Source: Octopus vulgaris
Lineage: Eukaryota
DNA: 64,000 bases
NCBI GenBank assembly: GCA_951406725.2
Contig: OX597826.1
Coordinates: 74,958,001 to 75,022,000, forward strand
Direction: 5' to 3'
This document shows positions 28,385 through 41,576 of the stretch, piece by piece; position 1 is the stretch's first letter, and each line of letters opens with the position of its first letter. The position numbers and the translations under genes were made by a program. The notes under the pieces are model-generated. The model was not told the DNA's origin and did no database searches. It saw only the letters and a program-made list of their open reading frames with translations.

Positions 28385-28494
28385 TCTGACAGCTGTTTCG
28401 GCAGTAAGGGCAGTCATACCTCATTTAACCTATAAGCCATAAAGGCAGGTATAAATGAGGCATTAACAAGGATGCCCCACGGCCTCTTCAGAGA
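28385..28494 (-). ncRNA. Type I hammerhead ribozyme motif with 85-nt stem II (copy 1)
   Basis: Reverse complement of 28974-29083. Confidence 0.8.
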
Positions 28495-28973
28495 ATTTAA
28501 TTTTTTATAATTGTGAAAAAATTATTTTTCCATATACATATAAATATAAAAATATAAAAATGTAAAATATAAAAACTTGTGCATAAACTCCATAATGCTA
28601 CACATATATAATACTCATTGATACAATAATGCAAGGTAAACAAAACAAAATAAAACAAAATATATATCAGTGTATATATTAATATTAATAAGCACAGTTA
28701 TTTTACATATTTGGCTAATAGTTCTAAAAACTAACACATAGGGAGATGTATGCGCACTACTATTTAAATTAAAATCATACCTATACCTGAAAAATAATAA
28801 TAAAAAAATAATAAAAAACCATAGTTCAGTTCATAAAATTATAAACCTATAAAAGTCAATAAAAATTACTATTAATATTAATAATAATAATAATAATAGA
28901 TACAGTTATGTTTGCACCAAGTCCATCCTTTCAAAATCGAAATAACTATGAGTTACATTATAACAAATTAAAT

Positions 28974-29083
28974 TCTCTGAAGAGGCCGTGGGGCATCCTT
29001 GTTAATGCCTCATTTATACCTGCCTTTATGGCTTATAGGTTAAATGAGGTATGACTGCCCTTACTGCCGAAACAGCTGTCAGA
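28974..29083 (+). ncRNA. Type I hammerhead ribozyme motif with 85-nt stem II (copy 2)
   Basis: TCT-CTGAAGA-GGC...GCC-GAAA-CAGCTG-TC-AGA with a GUC cleavage triplet. Stem II folds as GTGGGGCA/TGCCCTTAC, ATGCCTCATTTA/TAAATGAGGTAT and ACCTG/TAGGT. Confidence 0.8.
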
Positions 29084-29499
29084 TATGATATAATTACATA
29101 TATTTTATATTTTATATTTCTATTTCCTTGTCTATTTATATTTACTATATATTTTGTATAATGCCTTTACTGATATGTAATGGTGTAATAAAGTATTGAT
29201 TGGGTATCATCTGATAGTTGATGTTTTATTGATTTAAGTATGTTTCTTCATTTTCTAATTTTGTAGTATATATATATATATATATATATATGCAGATAAT
29301 AAAATACATTAATGCTACATCAACGTTTTCTAAATTTTCTTCTGAATATTTATAAACCAGGATTTATATATTATTTTAAGAATATTATTATTCACAAAAA
29401 GTACTAGGCAATGAACCAGTAATTCATTGGATATTACTATCCCTTAATGAGACTGTTTTAACCTCTAATTGAATGTATATATATATATGAATATACAAA

Positions 29500-29543
<44 letters not shown>

Positions 29544-30089
29544 TGATGAGCTTTCATCAACTTAATTCACCTACAACACTTTGGTGTCACCCTGAGGCTA
29601 TAATAGGAAACACTTGTTCAAGGTGGTACATAGTGGGACTAAACCTGAAACCAGTGCCTACAAATTGCTATTTTTACAATTCTTGATAAATGCATATTTT
29701 TGTAATCTCAGAGGATTTTCTATCAACGTTCTATTTAGATATCTTTTTACATATTTCAAGATTTTCTTGTGATCATATCTTTTGTATCCATAAAAGCATG
29801 TAATTTTCTTTCTTCACCTTTCAAATAATTTGACATAAGAACGTGTGATCCATGTTCAAGTTTTGAATACTTCTAAGTTGTTTTACCCAACCTGTATTTA
29901 CATGTTTAAAATCTTACCTGAGAATAGTTGGTTTATGATTATGATCTAAACATAGACTGCATCAATAAAATGCTTCTAAAACAGGTGTAATAAATTTCAA
30001 ACCTTGATTGTGTTCTTCTTCTATATGTGCCTATGCCACACCTGGAACCAACCCTGAGTCAGATCTATGATTTATATTGGATTTAGTAC

Positions 30090-30126
<37 letters not shown>

Positions 30127-30154
30127 TATACATATATATGTATGTATATATATA

Positions 30155-30186
<32 letters not shown>

Positions 30187-30187
<1 letters not shown>

Positions 30188-30625
30188 CTACAAAATTAGA
30201 GAATGGAGAAACATACTTAAATCAGTAAAACATCAACTATCTGATGATACTCAATCCATACTTTAATACACCATTACATATGAGTAAAGGCAATATATAA
30301 AATGAAATGAGATATACAGTAATAGTAAAAGTAAAAAGATAAAGAGATATAAGTAAAAAATTTCAAATATAATATGCAAATAAATCAAAACTGACAGCTG
30401 TTTCGGCAGTGAGGACAGTCATACCTCATTTAACCTATAAGCCATAAAGGCAGGTATAAATGAGGCATTAACAAGGATGCCCCACGGCCTCTTCAGAGAA
30501 TTAAATTAAATTTGTTATAATAGTGAAAAATATTATATAATCATATACATATAAATATAAAAATATAAAAATGTAAAATATAAAAACTTATACATCATAA
30601 TGCTACACTTATATAATATAATACA
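30187..30625 (-). mobile_element. Third, more diverged copy of the same Penelope-like arm
   Basis: Aligns to 28198-28615; flanked by TA-rich microsatellite. Confidence 0.7.
30391..30499 (-). ncRNA. Hammerhead motif, same family (copy 3; stem I shortened)
   Basis: Same core and stem II with two substitutions; the 3' strand of stem I reads AGT instead of AGA. Confidence 0.7.
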
Positions 30626-30987
30626 CATTTGTACAAATATATATATGTACAAATATATATATGTATATATCATCATCATCATCATCATCATCATTTAGCG
30701 TCCGCTTTCCATGCTAGCATGGGTTGGACAGTTGAACTGGGGTCTGTGAAGCCAGAAGGCTGCATCAGGCCCAGTCTGATCTGGCAGTGTTTCTACGACT
30801 GGATGCCCTTCCTAACGCCAACAACTCCGTGAGTGTAGTGGGTGCTTTTTACGTGCCACCCGCACAGGTGCCAGACGGAGCTGGCAAACGGCCACGAATG
30901 GATGGTGCTTTTACGTGCCACCGGCATATATATATACATATATTTAGATATATATATATATACACACCCATATATATATTTGCATGC

Positions 30988-31265
30988 TGTATAAAAGATC
31001 ATGGGTTAAGCCAAAACAATGCAAAGTAAATGCAGGGTAAATCACAAGAAAACAAATATGTGAATTAATGTAGACTTATCTTATATTCAATATATCAGGG
31101 TTATGACCCCATTTCCAAGAAATAGATGAATTTCTTGAAAATGGGGTCATAACCCTGATATATTGAATGCAAATTAAGTCTACATTAATTCACATATGTG
31201 TTTTCTTGTGATTTACCCTGCATTTACTTTGCATTGTTTTGGCTTAACCCATGATCTTTTATACA
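30988..31265. repeat. Long palindrome (about 136-bp arms, 6-nt loop)
   Basis: Arms are reverse-complementary with only a few mismatches; centre gaaat-agatga-atttc at about 31126. Confidence 0.9.
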
Positions 31266-31820
31266 ATATATTCTATACAATGTTCCATAGTAATTATTCC
31301 ACCTCCTCCACTGGCTTCTGCACCGGTGGTATGTAAAAAGCACCATCTGAATGTGGCCGTTGCCAGTGCCGCCTTGACTGGCTTCCATGCCAGTGGCACG
31401 TTAAAAGCACCAACCGATTGTGGCCGCTGCCAGACTCCCCTGGCACCTGTGCCAGTGGCACGTAAAAAGCACCCACTACACTCGCGGAGTGGTTGGCGTT
31501 AGGAAGGGCATCAAGCTGTAGAAACACTGCAAGCTCAGACTGGAGCCTGGTGCAGCCTCCTGGCTTCCCAGACCCTGGTCGAACCATCCCACCCATGCTA
31601 TCGCGGAAAATGGACATTAAACGATGATGATGATGATGATGATGATATATATATATCACCAGCCGAAATTGCAAAGATAATCTGGAACTTGACTGAAGAA
31701 AGAAAAATTCCGAATGACCCGTCCTTGTTTTCTTTGTATTGTCTCTCTGGATGTTTTGTTGTCCCTTTTTCACATCACCTAACTGTCTGGATGTTTTGCG
31801 ATCTTGTCCCATTTTGCATT

Positions 31821-31858
<38 letters not shown>

Positions 31859-32554
31859 CTTATCAGTATTATCTTAAATACATATAAAGCTGTAATATTT
31901 TATTTATCTTCAAATAAATTCATGCTACTTTGATTTAAATTTCAGATTTTAAATCCCTGAAAGGGAAAATGGCAACTCTTGTGTGTTGGAACCATCATTT
32001 TCTACAGTCTTTTAGTATAAGTCGAAGATCATAGAGCAGAGCTAATTCCAAGCCTTGTAGTATAGGCCTAAGATCACAGAATAGAGTTCAACATCATAGA
32101 ATGCTGATAAATACAAGGAATAAATAGCTAAATGTTATAGAATGGAACAAATTAAATTATTGTCAAGTCAGCAACTTTGGTTTATTGCTCATTGAAGCTA
32201 TTTCTCACCATGTATGTTATTAATAATCTTCAGAAAGCTAATAAACGTCACAGCATTTCTTTTTTATCTTACTTTAAGCCTTTGAATATAAAATCTATAA
32301 ATAATTTATTAATGGCTGGTCAAATCAGTAACTTCACAACAAGTGACAAGATTTTGAATAAAATTACAGATTATTGTTAATACTTGATTGCAAATCTTCT
32401 CCAGTAGTTTCACAGCTGTCTTCAAATCTCTCTGGTGATATCCACTCATCTCCAGCCCTTGCAGCCATATCTGGTGATGATTAGTTGTATCCAGTTCTGT
32501 CTGGTTGTATCCAGTTCAATCCAGTCATCTATGCTATGGTCATTCACAGTTGGA

Positions 32555-33288
32555 ATAATAATAATAATAATGAAATTATTGTATACAGTGCTTGGGTGCA
32601 TCACAACTTGTCAAAAGTGCATATAAAGCATATGCAGTAATGTACAAATGTCTGGAAAGCGAATAATGTACGAGTCAGATACATGCTTGCATGTGTATGG
32701 AGGGGAGAAAATCAGGTGTAGTGTTGGCAAATCTCAGGAAACATGGAAGTTTTGAAGGATGCAGTGCTCCGACAACTAATAACTGACGCCGGCAGTTTGT
32801 TCCATGCTTCAGCAACTCTTAGCGTGAAAAAACGTTTCTGAAAGTCATGGGAGCTGTGCTGTTTTTTGACTTTGTAAACACGTCCACAGGTGTTAGACAG
32901 GTGGAGTTTGAAAAGGTGCTCAGAGTTATTGTTAGTAAGATGGTTGATAATTTTATGGGTGTCTTCCAAGTCAGCTGCCAGATGTCGGAGTTTCAATGTA
33001 TCCATGCCCAGGGAAGTAAGGCGTTCAGAATATGGCAAATGCTTGATGGTTGCACATTACTGAACGGTTTCCAGACGATTAATATCCTGGGCAAGTTAAG
33101 GGTTCCAGACCGGTGATGCAAATTTGGCCGTACCATAGCTATATAAAGCCTCAGATAGATAGTCGGAGAGCGGCTCACAAAGGACTTGGTAAGTAATGCC
33201 AAGACACCCTCAGCCTTCTTAGCAATTTTAGCAATGTGTTTTGCCCAATGCAAATTGCTGTCGACAATAATGTCCAGGTCATGTTCAC
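32555..33288 (-). mobile_element. CR1-group LINE 3' fragment
   Basis: HIAKIAKKA, LYIAMVRP, PYSERL..L..L.LR, FFTLRVAEAWNKLP..V motifs; (TTA)n tail. Confidence 0.85.
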
Positions 33289-33718
33289 ATACTCTTTTAC
33301 TCTTTTATTCGTTTCATTCATTTGACTGCTGCCATGCTGGAGCACTGCCTTTAGTCGAGCAAATCAACCCCCAGGACTTATTCTTTGTAAGCCTAGTACT
33401 TATTCTATTGGTCTCTTAGCTGAATCACTAAGTTATGGGGACGTAAACACACCACCATCGGTTGTCAAGCGATGTTGGGGGGGACACACATACATATATA
33501 TGTATACATATATACAATGGGATTCTTTCAGTTTCCATCTACTAAATCCACTCGCAAGGCTATAGTAGAAGACACTTGCCCAAGGTACCACACAGTGGGA
33601 TTGAACCCGGAACCATGAGGTTGGTATATGTATGTGTGTGTGTGTATGTGTATATACACATATCTATATCTATATATATATATATATACACACATATACA
33701 TATACATATATATATATC

Positions 33719-33749
<31 letters not shown>

Positions 33750-34105
33750 ATGCCTGTGTATTCATATGTATTTATGTATTTATGTATGTATGCATGTATA
33801 TTTGGTTCATAATCCTGTGCTTCTTGGTTGGATTCTACTCTACAGCATCTTGGACAAGTGACTTTTCTCTAGCCTCAAGTTGATGAATGCCTTCTAAGTG
33901 GAACTGTGTAGGCAGAAACTGTATGAAACCCTATCAAGCATGACTGACTGCAATTACTCTCACAGGACACATTCAACAGCCGAGGATGACAAAGGCAAAC
34001 CAGTTCTTTATTGAACAAAGACAGCTTTATGGAGGTTCCATTAGGCCAAGAGCAAGTAATATTTTACTTAATAGTGTCTATTTTATTCCCATATCTATCT
34101 ATCTG

Positions 34106-34244
<139 letters not shown>

Positions 34245-34599
34245 GTCTATATATATCATCATCATCGTTTAACGTCCGCTTTCCATGCTAGCATGTGTTG
34301 GATAGTTTGACTGGAGACTGGCAAGCTAGAAGGCCGCACTAGGCTCCAATCTGATCTGGCAATGTTTCTACAGCTGGATGCCCTTCCTAATGCCAATCAC
34401 TCCGAGAGTATAGTGGGTGATTTTTTATGTCACTGGCGCATGTGCCAGTCAGGCAGACCTAGCATCGACCGCATTTGGATGGTGCTTTTTATGTGCTACC
34501 GGCATGGGAGCCGGTCAGGGAGCACTGGCCACAGCTGCAATTTTGGTTTTACTTGGCTCATCAGGTCTTCTCAAGCATACATCACATGATGCATCAGGG

Positions 34600-35085
34600 G
34601 TACTCTTAACTGGGCCGGACATATCCAAATCTTCAGAGACAACGGACTGGACTGAACCATAATTAATCTGCACATCCTCTGATAACTCACGAATGATGAT
34701 TTGATGATTTCCCCTCACAGCTCCATGCACATCTGCTATAATTTTCTCAGTTCTGTGGGTCTCCCAGGACATTCATGAATGTCAACATTTTTCAGCCATC
34801 TTGGAAACCTCTGAACCCCTCTCCATATACTTTCTGCAACTTTGCATAGGCCTGAGCAGTTATCGCCATGAAAAACTTTCTTTGACATGATCAATGTGAC
34901 AATCACACACTACACACCTTCCTTCCAAGCACTGCTGTAAACAGTGGCAGTGAGATTAGAATGTTAAAACTTAGTGCACTTGCCCAGCAGAGGTCAAGGT
35001 CAATCTGTGCCGAGTGCCTTTACTCTGCATGTTTTAGTTTCGTTACTATGGCAACAGTCCTGATATTTATTGATTAGACCTCGTA
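34600..35085 (-). mobile_element. Mariner transposon 5' remnant
   Basis: TIR TA|CGAGGTCTAATCAATAAATATCAGGACT; HTH-region peptide TEKIIADV..AVRGNHQIIIRELSEDVQINYGSVQSVVSEDLDM. Confidence 0.8.
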
Positions 35086-35738
35086 TGTATCTAGAGGCGC
35101 AATGGTCCAGTAGTTAAGGCAACAGACTCGCAATTGTAGGATCATGGTTTCAATTCCCAGACCGGGCGTTGTGAGTGTTTATTGAGCGAAAACACCTAAA
35201 GCTCCACAAGGCTCCAGCAGGGGGCGGTGGCGAACCCTGCTGTACTCTTTCACCACAACCTTCTCTCACTCTTTCTTCCTATTTCTGTTGTACCTGTATT
35301 TCAAAGGGGCCATCCTTGTCACACTCTGTGACATGCTGAATCTCCCCGAGAACTACGTTAAGGGTACACGTGTCTGTGGAGTGCTCAGCCAGTTGCAAGT
35401 TAATTTCACAAGCAGGCTGTTCTGTTGATTGGATCACCTCAAACCGTTGTCATAGTAACCGACGGAGTGCCACAACAATGTATGTATGTATTATTAATAT
35501 GTAAATATTAACCTTTACAAGGAAATGTTTGACAGGGACTTCAAAGTTTCTGCTTACTTGCCTTCATTAGACAGTCTGATGGAGAAGGCAGGCAAGCTAA
35601 AACTTCATTGGAATGGCCAACCTTTTCAATGTAAAGGATTATGAATATATGATCTACAAAAATGTAACACGTAATCTTTCGGTTTAATGTTAAATTTTTT
35701 TCATATTTAATTTGACATAAAAAACAAATGTTGCTCCA

Positions 35739-35812
<74 letters not shown>

Positions 35813-36179
35813 CGTGTGTGTGTGTGTGTGTGTGTGCTGGTGTAAAATTTACTGCAATTATTAATAACCGTCAATTTCAAAGTGGTAAGTCACAGCTTGG
35901 GAAAGATTTCACTAACCAAAATAATACCCAATAAAATCGACTTATAACTAAGTCTATTTATTCCGTTGTCATGGAACTCTGGACATAAACAAACCAACAC
36001 TGCTTATCAAGCAATGGTGGAGTACAAACACAGGCACAAAAACTCGCACACATACATGCGAAAGCACACACACAGGCACACACACAGGCACACACACACA
36101 TACACACACACACACACAATCACATATTGGGCTGTCAGATAAATTTGCTTGTCTCTTTCCAATGTTACTCTCTGTTACT

Positions 36180-36633
<454 letters not shown>

Positions 36634-37199
36634 ACTTAAATTACCATGGAAACTATTTTCTCGTAGTGTTTTATGGGGAAGTGAATAGTTGCAGCTTTAT
36701 CTTTCTTCTACAACTTTTGTTTATCATTTTAAAAATTTGAATAAATTTTACCTCTTTTTTAGAAAAATGACAACAGAATGCCAAACAGAAAAACAAAGAA
36801 ATCAACATTTCCAATGCCTGCCTCTCTCCACTTCCAGTCTTGGTTCCAGAGTAGCCAAACCCACTTGAGACATTTGTACTGCATATGGAGAAGCACTGAT
36901 ACTCCAAGAACTGTACAGAAATGGTGTGTCTGGGGCGAGTCATTCTCTTTGAGCGCCTTATAATTTAACACACTCTCCAATAAAATTTCCACTTATTTTT
37001 TTTTATTTTTCTAAAAAATTTTTTAAATTTTTTCTTCTTTTTCTTTTTTTTTTCTCCCCAAAAAGAAAAGCTCTACTTTGTAATTTGTCCCCTCTGTTTT
37101 CAGCCCAGTGTGGCTAATAAAGAAACATATTATGAATTGGAGAGGGAGAAGAACTGTACTTTGACAGACCCCTATCATCACAAGCTATATAGATAGATT

Positions 37200-37249
<50 letters not shown>

Positions 37250-37262
37250 GAGATAGATAGAC

Positions 37263-37306
<44 letters not shown>

Positions 37307-37329
37307 GATAGATAGATAGATAGATAGAT

Positions 37330-37371
<42 letters not shown>

Positions 37372-37396
37372 AAGATAGATAGATAGATAGATAGAT

Positions 37397-37508
<112 letters not shown>

Positions 37509-37729
37509 TGACCGGCTTCTTTCAGTTTCTGTCTCCCAGACCCACTCACAGGGCTTTAGTCAGTCTGAGGCTATAGCAGGTGACTCGTGCCCCAAATGCC
37601 ATGCAAAGGGACTGAACCCAAGACCATACTACTGGGAAATAGGCTTCTTAACCACACAGCTATGCCTGCACCTATTAAAAATGCCCCTTTATATTTGAGT
37701 TGAAACCCCACTGCGTTCAATTTTATGTG

Positions 37730-38056
37730 ACGGCCCGTGGCTTAGTGGTTAGGGGCATTCGGCTAATGATCGTAAGGTCGTGAGTTCAATTCCCAATGGC
37801 GCATTGTGTCCTTGAGCAAGACACTTTATTTCACGTTGCTCCAGTCAGTCCACTCAGCTGGCAAAAATGAGTAGTACCTGTATTTCAAAGGGTCAGCCTT
37901 GTCACACTCTGTGTTACGCTGAATCTCCCCGAGAACTACATGTTAAGGGTACACGTGTCTGTGGAGTGCTCAGCCACTTACACGTTAATTTCACGTGCAG
38001 GCTTTTCTGTTGATCGGACCAGCTGGGACCCTCATCGTCGCAACCGACGGAGTGCT
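37730..38056 (+). mobile_element. tRNA-derived SINE family C
   Basis: A box TGGCTTAGTGG, B box GAGTTCAATTCC, then TGTGTCCTTGAGCAAGACAC; related copies at 4953-5333, 6447-6738, 21250-21555, 35093-35476, 38762-39063 and 46839-47180. Confidence 0.8.
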
Positions 38057-38390
38057 CCTTTCAATTTTATATTTTTATCCCACAGATCTAAATTGCGTAA
38101 GTACCTGTAATACAATGGGTAACTTTAATCATCCACAGTGTCTCTTCACAAATGTGTGTCCTTGAGCTAAATCTAGAAATCAATGTGACATATTGATTAC
38201 CGTTAAGTGTCGTAGAACAAAGACGGCTGACAACGGGTGAAGCCTTAGAAACCAGGTTCAATCTAATTCACCAGTCTCTTGGGGAAAATCATGAACATTG
38301 TACAATTTCATCATCTCTAGAATAAACGTAAGATGTTGTGATGAAATAAGCTAAATATTATTAACACAGAGAAGAAGAATAATATTTACT

Positions 38391-38711
38391 TTAACCGTTT
38401 AGCATTCAAATTATTCTGTCAAATGAAAAGCTCGTTAATTCATATTGTTTTCAATTAATCATGCATTATCTTGAGCTTTGATTTTGTTGGTTACTCTTTT
38501 ACTCTTTTACTTGTTTCAGTCATTTGACTGTGGCCATGCTGGAGCACCGCCTTTTAGTCGAGTAAATCGACCCCAGAACTTATTCTTTGTAAGCCTAGTA
38601 CTTATTCTATCGGTCTCTTTTGCTGAACTGCTAAGTTACGGGGAGGTAAACACAACAGCATCGGTTGCCAAGCGATGTTGGGGGGACAAACACAGACACT
38701 CAAACTTATAA

Positions 38712-38759
<48 letters not shown>

Positions 38760-39369
38760 TTGTTTGTTCCTTCTCAAGCCATGCCTAGCTCATTAGGGCC
38801 GGTTTCCCGGTTTCCTTGGCATATAGGTTCCCCACCTTGACAGGACTCCTGTCCATCGCAGGTGAGCTGCAAGATGCAGGAGGAAAGGGTGAGAGAAAGT
38901 TGTGGCAAAAGAGTCAGCAGAAGTTTGCCATTACCTTCTGCTGGAGCCGCGTGGAGCTTAGGTGTTTTGCTCATAAACACACACATCGCCTGGTCTGAGA
39001 CTCGAACCTGTGATCCCTCAACCGTGAGTCAGCTGCTCTAACCACTAGGCCATGTGCCTCCACTATACATATGTATATATATACGACAGGCTTCTTTCAG
39101 TTTCTGTCTACCAAATCCACTCACAAGGCTTTGATCGGCCCAAGGCTATAGTAGAAGACACTTGCCGAAGGTGCCACACAGTGGGACTGAACCCAGAACC
39201 ATGAGGTTGTTAAGCAAGCTACTTACCACACAGCCACTCCAACGCCTGATTGTCTGTTTTTAGAATGACATTGCCAGGAAGGTGTGAGAGCCTGGATCTG
39301 GCTAGTTTGAACATGAAAAAGGTGGAATATCTAGACTGGATAAGGCCAGTTTAAACAGTAAAGGATTAA
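38391..39369. mobile_element. piggyBac-like MITE interrupted by nested SINEs
   Basis: TTAA-bounded ends (TTAACCGTTTAGCATT ... GTAAAGGATTAA); homologous to 55099-55327. Confidence 0.6.
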
Positions 39370-39668
39370 TCAGGACCTTTTTATGAGGAGAGATAAAGGT
39401 AAATGAGATTATAAGTCAGGCTGGGTAGATATATCACTGTAACCAGACTGCTCTACCATGCCATGGGCTTTTAGCTCTTTGAGTTGTAGGGTGCGCTGTC
39501 ATAGAATATGTCATGTTTTCTGCATTTTAGACTTGATGGGGCCCATCCTCCTCTGGCAGTGACCACAGTGGATTTCTTGCAGAGAGAGAGAGAGGTTGAG
39601 GGAAAGAGCTAGAAAGAGAGAGAAAGAATAAGACAGACTGAAAGAAGGCATTATAAAAAGAAACAGAT

Positions 39669-39720
<52 letters not shown>

Positions 39721-40622
39721 AGAGAAAGAGTTAGAAAGAAAGGGAGAGAGAGAGATTGAGAGAAAGAGTTACAGATAGAGGGGAGAGAGACAGACAGACA
39801 GACAGGCAGATGGACGTACAGACTGACAGACGGATAGACGGACAGAGAGAGAGAAAGTTTTAGAGAATGAGACAGACAAAAAAGAAAGAGTCCATGAAAG
39901 AGACTGAAAGAAATTAAGAGTTAGAGAAAGAGGATCGACCCCAGTATACAGCTGGTACTTTATTTATTGACCCCACCACCATCACCACCAGCACCAAAAA
40001 AAGAAAAAAGAAGGATGGAAGATAAAGTTGACCTCAGCCTGATTTTGAACTCAAGATGCAGATATTCGAAGCAATTATCACCAAACACTCCAAACCAATG
40101 TTCTTGTAGCCTTGCCAACCGGCTGCCTTCTGATAATAGGGCCAGACTACGGCCTAATGAAATCAAGGGATCTTCTTTTGTAGCAGGTGCTGGATTTTGA
40201 AAAGTTCCATACTTCCAGATTATATTGGTATCATGAAGAGGAACTGGTACCTGGTCCTAGTAAGGACAGGTACCAGTTATACTTACTGCACTCTCCTTGT
40301 TCTAGCCGTTAATAGGAGCCATGTGGAGATATGGCTCATTCTTAGGCTCAGTCCCCTAGCTATGGGGGCTGAGTATGATTTCAAGGGAAGATACAATTCG
40401 TTGCTGCAAACGGGGGGAGCATTGTATAAATGATTGGTGTTTTATTAATTTTTGTTAACTTCTTTTGCTGGACGCAAATCTTGCCATCAACAAAAGAATT
40501 AGGATGGATATCTGATCGAAATGGAGTAAAGAAGATGTCTAAGTATTTCGAAATCTGGAGTTTTACCATGATGTGTCTCAGAAATGCTGAAGGAGTGTAA
40601 GGACAGAAAGAGAAGGAGAGAT

Positions 40623-40663
<41 letters not shown>

Positions 40664-40799
40664 AGAGGGGTTGAGATGGAGAGCTGTAGAAGGAAAGGAA
40701 AAGATGATAAGTTAGTATTGATACATTTAACTAAACGATTGAATTTCGTTTTTGGATTAGGTTTGAAAGATTCTTTTTGCGAGTTCGTGTGTTGAAGCA

Positions 40800-41121
40800 T
40801 ATTCTGTTGTGTCCTGGGGAGAGTCATTTTCTTTTTGTGTCTTATAATTTAACAGCAGCGGTGGTGCCCCAGCATGGCCGCGGCCTTCGGGCTGAAACAT
40901 TTTAAAGGATTTTAAGGATTTACACTCACCGGTAAAATTTCCACTTTTTTTTCTTATTTTTATTTTCCTAAAATTTTCGTTGCGTCTATTGAAAAGGTTG
41001 CAAGACGCAGCGAAAATCTTAGGAAAATAAAAACAAGAAAAAAAGTGGAAATTTTACCGGTGAGTGGGTTAAATTATAAGGCACAAAAAGAGAATGACTC
41101 TCCCCAGGACACAACAGAATA
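40800..41121. mobile_element. Fold-back element with a short retroposon 3' end inserted in the left arm
   Basis: Inverted arms meet around 40995; a 65-70 bp insert at 40854-40921 is in one arm only; a solo arm is present at 36925-37030. Confidence 0.75.
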
Positions 41122-41576
41122 AACGATGGAAGAAAATTCAAATGCAAGGGAAATAACTGCGTAAAGTATAACTTTCACAGTTTCGTTCAAATTAAAGAAA
41201 ACAACAAAATTTATTACTAGAATGCTTGTTGTGTTTATTTCGTTTTTTTGTTGTTTTTTTTTTTTGTTTTTTGAGATGACTGAGCCTTTTACCTTTTTAC
41301 TTGTTTTAATCATTGAACAGTGGTCATGCTGGAGCAGTGCAGTGAAAGGTTTTAGTCAAATGAATAAACTCTAATACATTTTTATTCTCAAATCTCAGAG
41401 TCATTCTATTGGTATCTTTTGCCAAACTACTAAATTACAGGGACATATACAAACCAACACCGGTTATGAAGTGACGAGAGAACACCCCCCCACACACACA
41501 CAAATATATCACAAGTTGCTACAGTTTCCATTTACCGAATTCATTCACAAGGTGTTGGTCAGCCCAAGGCTATAAT

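Larger units (their letters stand above)
28025..29270. mobile_element. Non-autonomous Penelope-like element with about 305-bp inverted arms, inserted in (TA)n
   Basis: Arms about 28196-28503 and 28966-29268 are near-identical inverted copies, each carrying a hammerhead; bounded by (TA)n on both sides; no ORF. Confidence 0.7.

Noticed and set aside
37730-37805. tRNA-like sequence
   Set aside because: Continues into a SINE body found in many copies; acceptor stem not intact.
38197-38311. Minus-strand exon-like segment with an in-frame TGA (selenoprotein?)
   Set aside because: No recognisable homology or SECIS; could not be joined to other candidate exons (36750, 33960, 29800) into a coherent protein.
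40125-40170. CTGATAA..GAAA hammerhead-like motif
   Set aside because: Core G8 is absent, spacing is wrong, and there is no stem I or III.
40279-40290. ATACTTACTG resembling the U1 snRNA 5' end
   Set aside because: Lacks ATACTTACCTG, and the downstream sequence does not match U1.
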